From positions 97 through 64,096 of the forward strand of contig DAIPYT010000001.1 in the NCBI GenBank assembly GCA_036782595.1: a stretch of DNA of 64,000 bases, read 5' to 3'. Shown in pieces: positions 1-10,068 of the stretch (positions are counted from its first letter, which is position 1; each line of letters opens with the position of its first letter). Made by a program: the position numbers and the translations under genes. The notes under the pieces are model-generated. The model did no database searches, had not been told where the DNA came from, and saw only the letters and a program-made list of their open reading frames with translations. The DNA is from Mycobacterium sp. Its GTDB lineage: Bacteria; Actinomycetota; Actinomycetes; Mycobacteriales; Mycobacteriaceae.

Positions 1-1
1 G

Positions 2-673
2 ATGGCGAGCCTGACCAAGCCCGCCGACTCCCTGGTCTATCGCGGGGAACTCCAGGCTTTGGCTGCAGATGCCGGCACGCAGGTATCCCTTACCCGCCGG
101 GAGGGTCGGACGATGGTCATCGTGGAGACGGCCGGTGAGTGCCTGACCGGACCGAGAATCAGCCCCGGCCTGCGCACGCCACTGGTAGCTCCCTTCGGCC
201 GCGACTACGTCGCATGGTCAAGCGCAGAGACGCAGAATGCTTGGCTGGAGGCGATCGGGCAGCCCGATCCCGGGTTACGCCGCAGAATGGCATCCGTCCT
301 CAAGGAGATCCGGCAACGCGGCTTCGTCGTCGAAAGACTGACCAAGGAGTACGTCCGCGTCTACACCGCCCTGCGGGCGCTCAGTAGTGATGGCGAAATC
401 GACATGATCACAACGCAATTGGCGCGGGCATTCGCCGATCTCACGACGATCGACGTACTTCCCAACGAGATGAGCGACACTAAAGGCCACAGCATCGCCA
501 CCATTTCCGCGCCCATTACCGATATCGACGGCGTGGTGGTCATGTCGGTCACTGCGGCGGTCTTCACCACCCTGACAAGCGGTGCGATTCGAGACCTCGG
601 AGAGAAGGTGCGCGACACCGCGCACAGCATCGAGCAACGAATCGCCCATCACGGCCACATCACCACTACCTGA
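2..673 (+). CDS. IclR-family transcriptional regulator, C-terminal effector domain (probably 5'-truncated by the window edge)
   Basis: ORF open from the window start; IclR-like C-terminal motifs 'L..IR.RGF' and 'ATISAPI...G.VV..V'; no HTH visible. Confidence 0.7.
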   Translation: MASLTKPADSLVYRGELQALAADAGTQVSLTRREGRTMVIVETAGECLTGPRISPGLRTPLVAPFGRDYVAWSSAETQNAWLEAIGQPDPGLRRRMASVLKEIRQRGFVVERLTKEYVRVYTALRALSSDGEIDMITTQLARAFADLTTIDVLPNEMSDTKGHSIATISAPITDIDGVVVMSVTAAVFTTLTSGAIRDLGEKVRDTAHSIEQRIAHHGHITTT

Positions 674-683
674 AAGAGGACTC

Positions 684-1694
684 ATGACTTCTGTCGACCA
701 GGTTCGCATTCACGGCCCGGGGCAGGTGAGCCTCGACAACGTCGATCTGCCCGAGTGTGGCCCGCGCGACGCGATCGTCGAGGTTCACGCCTGCGGCATC
801 TGCGGCAGCGATCTGAGCTACATCAAACTCGGCGGCCTCGCCGGGCCCAGTGGCGAGCCGATGCCGCTCGGCCACGAACTAGCCGGCATCGTGAAGGCTG
901 TCGGCGTCGAGGTCACCGATGTGGTGCCGGGTCAGCGGGTGGTCGTGCATCCGGCGGAGGAGATCGGCTCCGGGTCCAACGAAGGTGGATTGGCCAACGA
1001 GGTTTTCGTGCGTAATGCGGCCAAGGGCGGACGGTTGTTCCCCATTCCCGACGATATGCCACTGACCATCGCTGCGTTGGCCGAGCCGGTCGCCGTCGGC
1101 ATGCACGCCGCAGAACAACTTCATGTAGGAGTGGACGACAAGGTCGCGGTATTCGGCTGCGGGCCGATCGGTCTGGCGGCGATCGCGAGCCTGGCCGATC
1201 GCGGTTTGACCGATATCGTGGCGATCGATCTGTCCGAGACCCGGCGCCGGCTGGCCGAGCAGCTCGGCGCCTCGGAGACGATCGACCCCGCAACGCAGAA
1301 GGTCTGGCGTGAACTCGAACGTATTCACGGCACCGCACCGCTGATGTTCGGGCACTCCGCCGCGACGACCGGGTTCATCGAAGCGTCCGGGTCGCAGAAG
1401 GTTCTCATCGACATCATCGACAGGGCCGGAACGGGAGCGCACATCAGCGTCGTTGCCTTGCATTACACCCCCGTACCGGTCAACTTCCTGAGCGTGCTCA
1501 TGAAGGAACTCGTCATCCGCGGCTCGATCGCCTACCCGGAACGATTCAGTGATGCCATCGACTTGCTGCAGCGGCGCGACCTCTCAGCGATGATCACCGA
1601 CCGGTTCCCACTAGGCGAGATCGATGCGGCACTCGAGGTTCTCGCCGGCAGCAAGGAGTGCGGCAAGGTGATGATCGAGATGGGACCGGCCTAA
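684..1694 (+). CDS. Zinc-dependent medium-chain alcohol dehydrogenase
   Basis: CGICGSD, GHE and GCGPIG motifs; ATG at 684 after AGAGGA. Confidence 0.9.
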   Translation: MTSVDQVRIHGPGQVSLDNVDLPECGPRDAIVEVHACGICGSDLSYIKLGGLAGPSGEPMPLGHELAGIVKAVGVEVTDVVPGQRVVVHPAEEIGSGSNEGGLANEVFVRNAAKGGRLFPIPDDMPLTIAALAEPVAVGMHAAEQLHVGVDDKVAVFGCGPIGLAAIASLADRGLTDIVAIDLSETRRRLAEQLGASETIDPATQKVWRELERIHGTAPLMFGHSAATTGFIEASGSQKVLIDIIDRAGTGAHISVVALHYTPVPVNFLSVLMKELVIRGSIAYPERFSDAIDLLQRRDLSAMITDRFPLGEIDAALEVLAGSKECGKVMIEMGPA

Positions 1695-1696
1695 GC

Positions 1697-2116
1697 ATGC
1701 TGAGCCTCCAGGAGATCTCCGACCGGCTGGAAATCCAACAGCTCTTGGCCGCGTATTCCACCGCTGTAGACGGCGGTCGTTTTGAGGAACTCGAAGACTT
1801 TTTCACCGATGACGCGGTCATCGACCTTTCGGCCACCGGCGGGGCGTACGGGCCCTACGGTGAAGTGTTGTCGTGGATGAGCAATACGCTCAGCGCCTTT
1901 GGCGCGTACATGCATGTGTTGTCCGGCACTGACTTACGGCTGGACGGCGATACCGCAACGGCACGAACGGCCTGTGTCAATCCCCTTGCCTTGGATGCGG
2001 ATTCGAAAGCAATCTATCTGATCTGTTTCTGGTACGACGACGAATTCGCGAGGACTCCCGGTGGCTGGCGATTCCGCAGTCGCTCGCAGATCAAGTGCCT
2101 CGACAAGCTGATCTAG
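1697..2116 (+). CDS. SnoaL/NTF2-like family protein
   Basis: 'MLSLQEISDRLEIQQLL..Y...VD' start and 'WYDDEF.RT..GWR' end, typical of mycobacterial SnoaL_4 proteins. Confidence 0.85.
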   Translation: MLSLQEISDRLEIQQLLAAYSTAVDGGRFEELEDFFTDDAVIDLSATGGAYGPYGEVLSWMSNTLSAFGAYMHVLSGTDLRLDGDTATARTACVNPLALDADSKAIYLICFWYDDEFARTPGGWRFRSRSQIKCLDKLI

Positions 2117-2123
2117 ACGTCGC

Positions 2124-3347
2124 TCACGCGACCTCGACCTCCAGCGGCAACCTCTGCAGGCGCCGCACCATCACGCTGGGGATCCAGGCGGGTGGTTCCG
2201 TCGCTTTGATCGTCCGGGTTTCGGAGAGTAGGCGGGTCAATGCGGTCTTGGCTTCCAATCTCGCCAGCGCGGCGCCCAGACAGAAGTGGTCACCTCTGCC
2301 GAAGCCGAGGTGTGCCTTGCCATTCGGGCGGTCCAAGCGTAACTCGTCGGGCGTTTCGAAGGCCGCAGGGTCCCGATTTGCCGATCCCCACAGCAGCAGC
2401 AGATGCGAGCCGCCCGGAAGATCTACACCGCCCAGTGTGGTGTCGGTCAGGACGTGGCGGTAGTGGCCTCGAAACGGCGACTCCATTCGCACGACTTCCT
2501 CGATGAACGCCGGCAGCAGTTCCATGTTCTTTCTTAACTGCTGAGCGATGTCGTCGCGGTGCGCAAGCGTCAACGCCGAACTACCGAGCAGACCGGCTGT
2601 GGATTCGCCCCCGGCACTGACTAATTGGATCAGCATGATCACCGCGGTCTCCGGCTTGAGATCGCCTGCGTTGCAATGCCGTGCGAAATCCCCGAGCAGG
2701 TTGTCTTGTGGATCCTTCCGGGCTGCGGCGAACTGCTCGACGAGATAACCGGCGAGTTCGGTAGCGGCGACTATGGCTCTCTGCAGTTGACCGGGAGTGA
2801 TCGCTCCGTCGAGCATCTGGGTGGTCGCATAGGAGCCGGTAACGAGCCACTCCATATCCACTGGGGGGAAACCGATCAGCCGGCTCACCAGCGTCATCGG
2901 CAATTGATTGGCCATCGCGGCCACCCAGTCGATGGAGCCGTCGTCATTGAGGCCGTCGTTCCACAGCCTCTCGACCGTTTCGGTCACCAGGGGTTCGAGC
3001 GCGCGCACCCGCTTGGCCACCACCGTCGGCAACACCATCTTGCGATGTACCGCGTGAATGGGATCGTCTGCAGTGCCCAACACGTGGCCCGGGTCGCCCG
3101 GGCCCGCCATGGTGAACTCGCTAACACCGCCGTCAGGATCCAGAACCATCGATGCAGTCAGGTTCGATGAGAAGTCTCGGGGCCGCATGACCGCCTCGGT
3201 GACCAGTTCCCACGTCGACACCAGGTAGAAATTCGAATCATCGACACGGTGCACCGGATCGGTCTCACGGAGTTGCGCGTAGAACGGGTAGGGGTCATCG
3301 AGGGCCAGCATGAACCCAGGCTGATCGGGGCAAACGTATCCGGTCAA
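2124..3347 (-). CDS. Cytochrome P450 (CYP144-like)
   Basis: AGGEST I-helix, EEVVR (ExxR), FGRGDHFCLG heme ligand; probable TTG start at 3347 after GGAGG. Confidence 0.92.
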   Translation of the reverse strand: MTGYVCPDQPGFMLALDDPYPFYAQLRETDPVHRVDDSNFYLVSTWELVTEAVMRPRDFSSNLTASMVLDPDGGVSEFTMAGPGDPGHVLGTADDPIHAVHRKMVLPTVVAKRVRALEPLVTETVERLWNDGLNDDGSIDWVAAMANQLPMTLVSRLIGFPPVDMEWLVTGSYATTQMLDGAITPGQLQRAIVAATELAGYLVEQFAAARKDPQDNLLGDFARHCNAGDLKPETAVIMLIQLVSAGGESTAGLLGSSALTLAHRDDIAQQLRKNMELLPAFIEEVVRMESPFRGHYRHVLTDTTLGGVDLPGGSHLLLLWGSANRDPAAFETPDELRLDRPNGKAHLGFGRGDHFCLGAALARLEAKTALTRLLSETRTIKATEPPAWIPSVMVRRLQRLPLEVEVA

Positions 3348-3449
3348 GACCTCCCCACAATGTTGATACGCCCCGACGACGCGCGGCCACCCCGGGTGTC
3401 TCACGCAGTGCTCTCAGCAGGCCAAATGGTGAGTTAAAAGCTGTAATTT

Positions 3450-3464
3450 GTCTCATACTGAGAC
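3450..3464. promoter_or_regulatory. Palindrome GTCTCA-TAC-TGAGAC, likely operator of the adjacent TetR
   Basis: Perfect 6-bp inverted repeat in the divergent P450/TetR gap, enclosing CATACT (-10-like). Confidence 0.6.
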
Positions 3465-3465
3465 G

Positions 3466-4041
3466 ATGCTTACCCATGATTGGCTGGCCGGAGGCGACCG
3501 TCATGAACTGGCCGCCGAGCGAATCTATGCCGCGGCCGCGAATCTGATCGCCCGACGCGGCTTGGAGCGCTTCGACCTCGATTCACTCGCAGAAGCCGCC
3601 CACTGCTCGCGGGCGACGCTGTACCGGCACGCTGGCGGGAAGACGCAAATCCGCGATGAGGTGCTGGCCCGCTCCGCCAGACGCATCAACAGCGCCGTGA
3701 TCAGCGCAGCGAAGGAACTGACCGGCGGCGACCGTGTCGTCGAGGCGGTGACGGTTGCGCTGCGAGAAATCCGTTCGGACCCCGTCGCGTCACAGGTATT
3801 CACTCCGGGGCGTCCGGAGAATGCGGCGCTGCTGGCTGATTCTGGGATGCTCGCACGGTTTGCCGCGGAGTCCGCCGGACTGGACCCCGATGACACGGCC
3901 GCGGCTCAGTGGATCAACCGGGTCACGCTGTCGATGTTGTTCTGGCCTGGACAGGATGAAGCGGCCGAGGCTCGCATGCTGAGGTCGTTCGTCTCGCCGG
4001 CTTTTCGCGAGCAGGCTCATGACAAGGGCCGCCCCGCCTGA
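3466..4041 (+). CDS. TetR/AcrR-family regulator divergent from the P450
   Basis: N-terminal HTH 'IYAAAA.LI...G.....LAEAAHCSRATLYRHAGGK'. Confidence 0.92.
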   Translation: MLTHDWLAGGDRHELAAERIYAAAANLIARRGLERFDLDSLAEAAHCSRATLYRHAGGKTQIRDEVLARSARRINSAVISAAKELTGGDRVVEAVTVALREIRSDPVASQVFTPGRPENAALLADSGMLARFAAESAGLDPDDTAAAQWINRVTLSMLFWPGQDEAAEARMLRSFVSPAFREQAHDKGRPA

Positions 4042-4066
4042 GCGGCATTGCCCCGCAAAAGCCAAA

Positions 4067-4108
4067 CAGCGACCGCCGTTCCGCTTTCGGCGGATCCGGC
4101 GGTCGCTG
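4067..4108. terminator. Long hairpin between convergent genes
   Basis: CAGCGACCGCCG...CGGCGGTCGCTG outer stem with inner TCCGC/GCGGA. Confidence 0.65.
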
Positions 4109-4124
4109 CGTGCGCGGCTTGGGG

Positions 4125-4403
4125 CTAGACCCTGGTGCCGGGTTTGGCGAACTTCCGGTAGACGAGCAAGAGGATGATCGCGCCGACCAATGCACCCAGG
4201 AACGAGTGTTTGATCGGAGGTGTGATCTCAAACTGGTGAGGCGCGAAAATCAGGCTGCCCAGTGTTCCGCCCACCCAGCCACCTGCAATGCCGAGCAATC
4301 CTGTCGATACCCAGCCGAGATGGCCAGTACCAGGAACGATCATCTTCGCAATCCAGCCTACGATCAGGCCCAAAAGGACCATCCATAAGAGGTTCATGAT
4401 CAT
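4125..4403 (-). CDS. GlsB/YeaQ/YmgE (transglycosylase-associated) small membrane protein, Rv1861-like
   Basis: 'LLGLIVGWIA..IVPG...LGIAGGWVGG...ALVGAIILL' pattern; next to apa. Confidence 0.85.
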   Translation of the reverse strand: MIMNLLWMVLLGLIVGWIAKMIVPGTGHLGWVSTGLLGIAGGWVGGTLGSLIFAPHQFEITPPIKHSFLGALVGAIILLLVYRKFAKPGTRV

Positions 4404-4521
4404 GCCGCGCTCCGTCCTCTGTGGTGCTAGCCCGACTCGGGTGCCGAGCAGATCACTCTGGTATAGCGCGCAGAGATAACGTTCCGCATGCAGAATCGGC
4501 TACGAAATCGGCCCTATTCGA

Positions 4522-5601
4522 TCAGGCAGGCGGCATGGCCGGTGCTGGCGCGGCCGGCGGAGCGCCGGGTGCCGGCGCCGGAGCCGGTGCCGCCGGCGGA
4601 ACGCCGGGCGGAGGCGGGGCGGCAGGCGCCGGAGCGGGCGCGGGGTCGCCGGGAGCCGGCGCCGGAGCGGGCGCGCCGGGTGCCGGAGCAGGAGCCGCAG
4701 GAGCAGCCGCAGGCTGCGGCGGGGTGTACGGCCGGATCGACTGGGCCAATGCCTGGGCACCGGCGGCGTCGATCGGATCCTTACCCGTGCCCAGCCACAC
4801 CACGAACCACCGGCCACTGTCGGCGTTTCCGACCACACCGGCCCAGATGGAACCGTTCGGCTTGGCGGTATCGGTGAACTTCACGTCGTAGGACGCCGCC
4901 GAGCCAGGCAGGTCGGCCGCCTGCAGGGCGATGGACTGCTGATTGATGCGCGAGCCCGGGAACGGCATGAAGAACTCGCCCATGTCCGAGGCGAGCCGCA
5001 CCGCGGCCTTCGCGTTGTCCTTCTCGGCACCGGCGAACAGCTTCATGTCCAACCGGCCCAGCAGAATGCTGGTGTCGGTGGCGGTGGCGGCCGGCTGTCC
5101 GGGCAGCGGCGCCGGACCGGTCGGCTTGAGCAGCAACGCCTGGCCGTAGCTCAGCCGTGAAGCATCGGCGACTTCCCACCCGGCGGGCAGGACGTAGCTG
5201 AACCCGCCAGCCGCGTTCTCCACCCGGCCCGCGTCAGGTGCGGGTGCCGGCGCGGGACCCGGGGCCGGCCCGGGAGCCGGTGGAGCATTCGGGTCCGCAG
5301 GAGGCGGCGCCGGCTGAGCCGGAGCGGCCGGCGGCGGCGGAGCATTCGGATCCGCAGGAGGCGGCGGCGCGGGCTGAGCAGGAGCAGCCGGCGGCGGCGG
5401 AGCATTCGGGTCCGCAGGAGGCGGCGGCGCGGGTGCCGCAGGCGGCGCGGTGGTGGTGGGGGCCGGCGGCGGTGGCACGGGGTCGGCTGTCGCCGTGGTC
5501 GGCGGCAGTGCGATCGCGATTGCGCTGGCACCTGCGGCGGCTGTGGCGGCCAGTGCCGTCCACAGTCCCGGGCGTCGTGAAGTCGAGTCCGACTGCGTCA
5601 T
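4522..5601 (-). CDS. apa: Ala/Pro-rich secreted fibronectin-attachment protein Apa (ModD/FAP)
   Basis: Signal peptide, PA-rich termini, '[11 protein letters not shown]', '[15 protein letters not shown]', RWFVVWLG motif; follows modC. Confidence 0.95.
   Translation of the reverse strand: MTQSDSTSRRPGLWTALAATAAAGASAIAIALPPTTATADPVPPPPAPTTTAPPAAPAPPPPADPNAPPPPAAPAQPAPPPPADPNAPPPPAAPAQPAPPPADPNAPPAPGPAPGPAPAPAPDAGRVENAAGGFSYVLPAGWEVADASRLSYGQALLLKPTGPAPLPGQPAATATDTSILLGRLDMKLFAGAEKDNAKAAVRLASDMGEFFMPFPGSRINQQSIALQAADLPGSAASYDVKFTDTAKPNGSIWAGVVGNADSGRWFVVWLGTGKDPIDAAGAQALAQSIRPYTPPQPAAAPAAPAPAPGAPAPAPAPGDPAPAPAPAAPPPPGVPPAAPAPAPAPGAPPAAPAPAMPPA
5283..5432 (-). repeat. Roughly 60-bp coding tandem repeat in apa ([19 protein letters not shown] units)
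   Basis: GGAGCATTCGG(G/A)TCCGCAGGAGGCGGCG recurs three times at about 57-60 bp spacing. Confidence 0.85.
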
Positions 5602-5698
5602 GGCCAGAAACCTACCGTGTTAAAGCCGTGAAGCAAGTTCACGGTCGGCTGTGTCGGCCGCTGTTTGACAACGATTCGGCAAAGAACACCGGCGGCGC

Positions 5699-6799
5699 CT
5701 AACCCGACCGAAGGCCTGCGTGCAAACTCACTGACTGCGTCTTCACCGCGAACCACACCTGATCGCCGATCGCTAGTCGCAGATCGGCAACTGAGTCGGG
5801 AGTCACATCGGCGGCCAGGCCGGGCAGCCCGTCGGCCTGTTCGGCAGCCCGCACGCGAACCGCCCCGCCGGCCAGATCAAGTGCGCCGATTCGGACCCGA
5901 ACGCTGTTGCGGGGACTTCCCTGGGGTTGTTCTCGGTACACCGCAACGGCAGCCGGCGTGAACACCGCAACGGCGCTGCCACCGACCGTCAACGTCGCTC
6001 CGTCGTCAGCCGGTACCCCGTGCCAAAGCTGTTCAGTAGTGCTTCCGGTGGTGCTTAACGTCGCCGGTTCGGTCAGCACGCCGCGAACCAGATTGACTCC
6101 GGCGATACGTGCGCCGAATCCGCTGCGGGGAGCCGCAAGAACCTGCGCCACCGTTCCGGATTCGGCGATCCGGCCTTCTTCCAGGACCAGCACCCGATCG
6201 GCCAGCCCGAGCACATCAAGCAGGTCATGGGTGATCAGGATGCTCGGGCGGGTCCTCGTTGCCGGATCGGACAGGACGTCACGCAGCACCGTGCGCACCG
6301 AGGCGGCGGCAGCCATGTCCAGACCGGCCAGCGGCTCATCGAGCAGCAGGACGTCGGGTTCGGCGGCCAATGCCCGGGCCAGCGCCACCCGCTGCGCCTG
6401 TCCACCGGACAACTCCGCCGGCCGACGGTCTGCCAGCGCGCCGACGCCCACCCGGTCAAGCCAGTGCTGAGCGCGTCGCTCCCGGGCCGCGAAGGCCACA
6501 TTGCCGCCCACGCTCATATGCGGAAAGAGCATCGGGTCCTGCTGCAATAGTCCGACCCGCCGCTGGTGAACCGCCACGTTCACCCCCGCGGCGGTATCGG
6601 TCAAGGTCCGCTCCCCGACCCGCACCACGGCCCGGTCGGCGCGCAGGAGGCCGGCCACCACCGCCGCGATGGACGACTTGCCGGCCCCATTCGGGCCCAC
6701 CACGGCCAGCACCTCCCCCGGACCGACACGGAACTCCGCCGCCACGCCTCTGGCCGTGACCGTCGCGGATACCTCGAGCTCAGCCACCACGGCTCCCAA
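5699..6799 (-). CDS. modC: Molybdate ABC transporter ATP-binding subunit with TOBE domain
   Basis: [20 protein letters not shown]-terminal TOBE; exact start uncertain. Confidence 0.92.
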   Translation of the reverse strand: MGAVVAELEVSATVTARGVAAEFRVGPGEVLAVVGPNGAGKSSIAAVVAGLLRADRAVVRVGERTLTDTAAGVNVAVHQRRVGLLQQDPMLFPHMSVGGNVAFAARERRAQHWLDRVGVGALADRRPAELSGGQAQRVALARALAAEPDVLLLDEPLAGLDMAAAASVRTVLRDVLSDPATRTRPSILITHDLLDVLGLADRVLVLEEGRIAESGTVAQVLAAPRSGFGARIAGVNLVRGVLTEPATLSTTGSTTEQLWHGVPADDGATLTVGGSAVAVFTPAAVAVYREQPQGSPRNSVRVRIGALDLAGGAVRVRAAEQADGLPGLAADVTPDSVADLRLAIGDQVWFAVKTQSVSLHAGLRSG

Positions 6800-7586
6800 C
6801 GATGCGCCGTGAGCCCAGCCCGAGCACGATCACCGCCGCGACGGCGACGAGCAGCACCGACAGCGCCACCGCAGCGTCTGGATCGGCCTCGCGCTGCAGG
6901 TAGATCTCCAGTGGCATGGTGCGGGTCACGCCGGGCCGGGATCCGGCGAAGGTCAGCGTCGCCCCGAACTCTCCCAACGCGCGGGCGAAGGCCAGTACCG
7001 CGCCGGACAGCAGGCCCGGCCCGAGAAGTGGCAGCGTCACCCGCCACCAGACAGTCGAAGGCCGGGCACCCAGCGTGGCGGCCACCTGCTCATAGCCGCT
7101 CTCGGCGGTGCGCGCCGCCCCTTCCAGCGCGATGACCAGGAAAGGCAACGACACGAATGTCTGGGCAAGTACGACCGCGGTCGTGCTGAACGCGATCCGG
7201 ATCCCGGCCGCCTCCAGATAGTGGCCCAACAAACCAAGTCGGCCGAACACGTACAGCAGCGCCAGACCGCCCACCACTGGCGGCAACACCAAGGGCAGCA
7301 GGACCAGCGAACGAAGCATCTGGACCGCGCGGCCGTGGTGGCGGGCCAGCACCAGCGCCAACGGCACGCCGAACAACAGACAGAGCAGGGTGCTTGCCGC
7401 CGCGGTCCGCAGGCTGAGCAGAAGCGCGGTCTGCGAGGCCGGAGCGGTGACCAGTGCCCCGAACCTCGGCCAGTCGGCTTTGACGGCCAGCGCGATCAAC
7501 GGCAGGACGACGAACATCGCACCCGCCACGGCCGGCAGATACACCCAGCGCGGCAGAGCGGCCGACTGTGGCCCCGTCGACCTCAT
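6780..7586 (-). CDS. modB: Molybdate ABC transporter permease
   Basis: '[15 protein letters not shown]', '[16 protein letters not shown]'. Confidence 0.93.
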   Translation of the reverse strand: MRSTGPQSAALPRWVYLPAVAGAMFVVLPLIALAVKADWPRFGALVTAPASQTALLLSLRTAAASTLLCLLFGVPLALVLARHHGRAVQMLRSLVLLPLVLPPVVGGLALLYVFGRLGLLGHYLEAAGIRIAFSTTAVVLAQTFVSLPFLVIALEGAARTAESGYEQVAATLGARPSTVWWRVTLPLLGPGLLSGAVLAFARALGEFGATLTFAGSRPGVTRTMPLEIYLQREADPDAAVALSVLLVAVAAVIVLGLGSRRIVGSRGG

Positions 7587-7655
7587 CAGCCGACCGTACC
7601 GTCGAGGAACATCCGCTCCGATGAGCGGCGATCAGCGACGGCTAGTGTCACCGAC

Positions 7656-8585
7656 GTGAGCATCCGACTGGGCCTGCAGATCCCGAACTTCTCCTACGGA
7701 ACACCGGTCGCCGAGTTGTTCCCCACCGTCGTCGCCCAGACCCGCGAGGCCGAGGCCGCCGGGTTCGATGCCGTCTTCGTGATGGACCACTTCTACCAAC
7801 TGCCCATGCTGGGCTCCCCCGACCAGCCGATGCTGGAGGCCTACACCGCACTCGGCGCGCTGGCAGCCGCAACCGAAAGAGTTCTGCTGGGCACTCTGGT
7901 CACCGGAAACACCTACCGCAACCCCACACTGCTGGCCAAGATCATCACCACCCTCGACGTGATCAGCCAGGGCCGTGCGGTACTCGGTGTCGGCACTGGC
8001 TGGTTCGAACTCGAGCACACCCAACTGGGTTTCGAATTCGGCACGTTCACCGAGCGGTTCGCCAAGTTGGACGAGGCACTGAAGATCCTGCTGCCGATGA
8101 TCGCCGGCGAGCGGGTGAGTTTCGACGGGCAGTACTACCGCACCGAGGAGGCGATGGCGGAACCCCGTTTCCGGGACCATATTCCGCTGATGATCGGTGG
8201 CAGCGGAGAGAAGAAGACCTTCGGAATGGCCGCCCGCTATTTCGACCACCTCAACATCATCGCCTCGTTCGCCGAGTTGCCCGGCAAGGTCGCCGCTTTG
8301 GCGCAGCGCTGTGAGGAGGCCGACCGTGACCCGGCCACCCTGGAGACCAGCGTGCTGCTGACCGCGGTGCCCGACCCCAAGTTCACCGAGGACATGGTTC
8401 CCCGCGCGATGCGTGGCCGGATGGTGGTGGGCAGCCCCGAGCAGATCGCGGAATCGGTGCAGACCAACGTCGTCGACGTCGGTATCGACGGGGTGATCCT
8501 CAATCTCCCCTCCTACGTTCCCGGTTCGATCACGAAGGTCGGGGAGGCGTTGCGGCCGGTCCTGGGAACCAGCCGACTAAACTAG
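7656..8585 (+). CDS. LLM-class F420-dependent oxidoreductase (Rv1855c-like)
   Basis: 'VMDHFYQ', 'GTLVTGNTYRNP', 'IGGSGEKKT'; GTG at 7656 lies 7 nt after TAGTGT (leaderless-type). Confidence 0.9.
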   Translation: MSIRLGLQIPNFSYGTPVAELFPTVVAQTREAEAAGFDAVFVMDHFYQLPMLGSPDQPMLEAYTALGALAAATERVLLGTLVTGNTYRNPTLLAKIITTLDVISQGRAVLGVGTGWFELEHTQLGFEFGTFTERFAKLDEALKILLPMIAGERVSFDGQYYRTEEAMAEPRFRDHIPLMIGGSGEKKTFGMAARYFDHLNIIASFAELPGKVAALAQRCEEADRDPATLETSVLLTAVPDPKFTEDMVPRAMRGRMVVGSPEQIAESVQTNVVDVGIDGVILNLPSYVPGSITKVGEALRPVLGTSRLN

Positions 8586-8617
8586 TGCCGACAATCGGCG
8601 TTAACTCAGGAGCGAGA

Positions 8618-10018
8618 ATGACCCACCCCGGCGCGACTCCGTCCGACAAGCACAAGGTCGTCATCATCGGCTCCGGCTTCGGCGGTCTGAATGCGGTCAA
8701 GAAGCTCAAGCGGGCCGACGTCGATATCAAGATGATCGCCAAGACCACCCACCACCTCTTTCAGCCGCTGCTCTACCAGGTGGCGACCGGCATCATCTCC
8801 GAGGGGGAGATCGCGCCGCTCACCCGGGTGATCCTGCGTAAGCACAAGAACTGCCAGGTGCTGCTCGGCGAGGTCACCTACGTCGACCTCGCGAACAAGA
8901 CCGTCGACTCGGTGCTTCTCGGCCATACCTATCGCACCCCGTACGACTCACTGATCGTCGCCGCCGGCGCCGGCCAGTCGTACTTCGGCAACGATCACTT
9001 CGCCGAGTGGGCGCCGGGTATGAAGACCATCGACGACGCACTCGAACTGCGCGGCCGTATCCTCGGCGCGTTCGAGCAGGCCGAACGCTCCAGCGATCCG
9101 GAACGACGAGCCAAACTGCTCACGTTCGTGGTGGTGGGCGCCGGACCCACCGGTGTGGAGATGGCCGGCCAGATCGCCGAACTGGCCGACCACACCCTCA
9201 AGGGCGCTTTCCGCCACATCGACTCGACCAAGGCCCGCGTCATCCTGCTCGACGCCGCCTCCGCGGTGCTGCCGCCGATGGGCGAGAAACTCGGCCTCAA
9301 AGCCGCCGCGCGGCTTGAAAAACTCGGTGTCGAAATCCAATTGGGCGCCATGGTCACCAATGTCGACCGCAACGGAATCAACGTGAAGTACGGCGACGGG
9401 CGCGAAGAACGCATCGAGTGCCAGACCAAGGTGTGGTCCGCCGGGGTCGCGGCCAGTCCGCTGGGCAAACATATCGCCGATCAGTCCGGCGCCGAGGTCG
9501 ACCGGGCCGGCCGAGTCAAGGTACTGCCTGACCTGACGGTGCCGGGCCACCCCGAAGTCTTCGTCGTCGGTGACATGGCGTTCGTCGAGGGCGTACCCGG
9601 CCAGGCACAAGGCGCGATCCAGGGCGCTCGCTACGCCGCGAAACTGATCAAGGCCGAGCTTCAGGGCGCCGACCCGGCAGCCCGCCAACCGTTCAAGTAT
9701 TTCGACAAGGGCTCGATGGCAACAGTGTCGCGGTACTCCGCGGTGGTCCAGGTCGGCCCACTTGAGTTCGGCGGGTTCATCGGCTGGTTGTCATGGCTTT
9801 TCCTGCATCTGATCTACCTCGTCGGGTTCAAGGCGCGGCTCACCACCGCACTGTCGTGGGCCGGGACTTTCATCGGCAGCCACCGCGGGCAGCTCACCAT
9901 CACCGAGCAGCAGGCCTACGCCCGAACCCGGATCGAACAGCTCGAGGAGATCGTCGAGAGGGTCGAGGACGTGCCAGTGATCACCGCCTCCCCCGACCCG
10001 CTCTATCAGAACCGCTGA
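8618..10018 (+). CDS. ndh: Type II NADH dehydrogenase
   Basis: GSGFGG and GAGPTGVE Rossmann motifs, 'YFDKGSMATVSR'. Confidence 0.95.
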   Translation: MTHPGATPSDKHKVVIIGSGFGGLNAVKKLKRADVDIKMIAKTTHHLFQPLLYQVATGIISEGEIAPLTRVILRKHKNCQVLLGEVTYVDLANKTVDSVLLGHTYRTPYDSLIVAAGAGQSYFGNDHFAEWAPGMKTIDDALELRGRILGAFEQAERSSDPERRAKLLTFVVVGAGPTGVEMAGQIAELADHTLKGAFRHIDSTKARVILLDAASAVLPPMGEKLGLKAAARLEKLGVEIQLGAMVTNVDRNGINVKYGDGREERIECQTKVWSAGVAASPLGKHIADQSGAEVDRAGRVKVLPDLTVPGHPEVFVVGDMAFVEGVPGQAQGAIQGARYAAKLIKAELQGADPAARQPFKYFDKGSMATVSRYSAVVQVGPLEFGGFIGWLSWLFLHLIYLVGFKARLTTALSWAGTFIGSHRGQLTITEQQAYARTRIEQLEEIVERVEDVPVITASPDPLYQNR

Positions 10019-10068
10019 GCGCTCGCCGGCGTATCTAGCTGCGGCCCGGCCGCAGTAGGCCATCAACC

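Noticed and set aside
4522..5480. Repeats in apa as a CRISPR or PE_PGRS element
   Set aside because: In-frame Pro/Ala coding repeats without unique spacers; the Gly-Ala-rich ORF at 4421-4891 is just the antisense reading
7586..7612. Mini-[11 protein letters not shown] coupled to modB, as a leader peptide or modA remnant
   Set aside because: No resemblance to a ModA C-terminus; better explained by a -10 element (TACGGT) for leaderless modB
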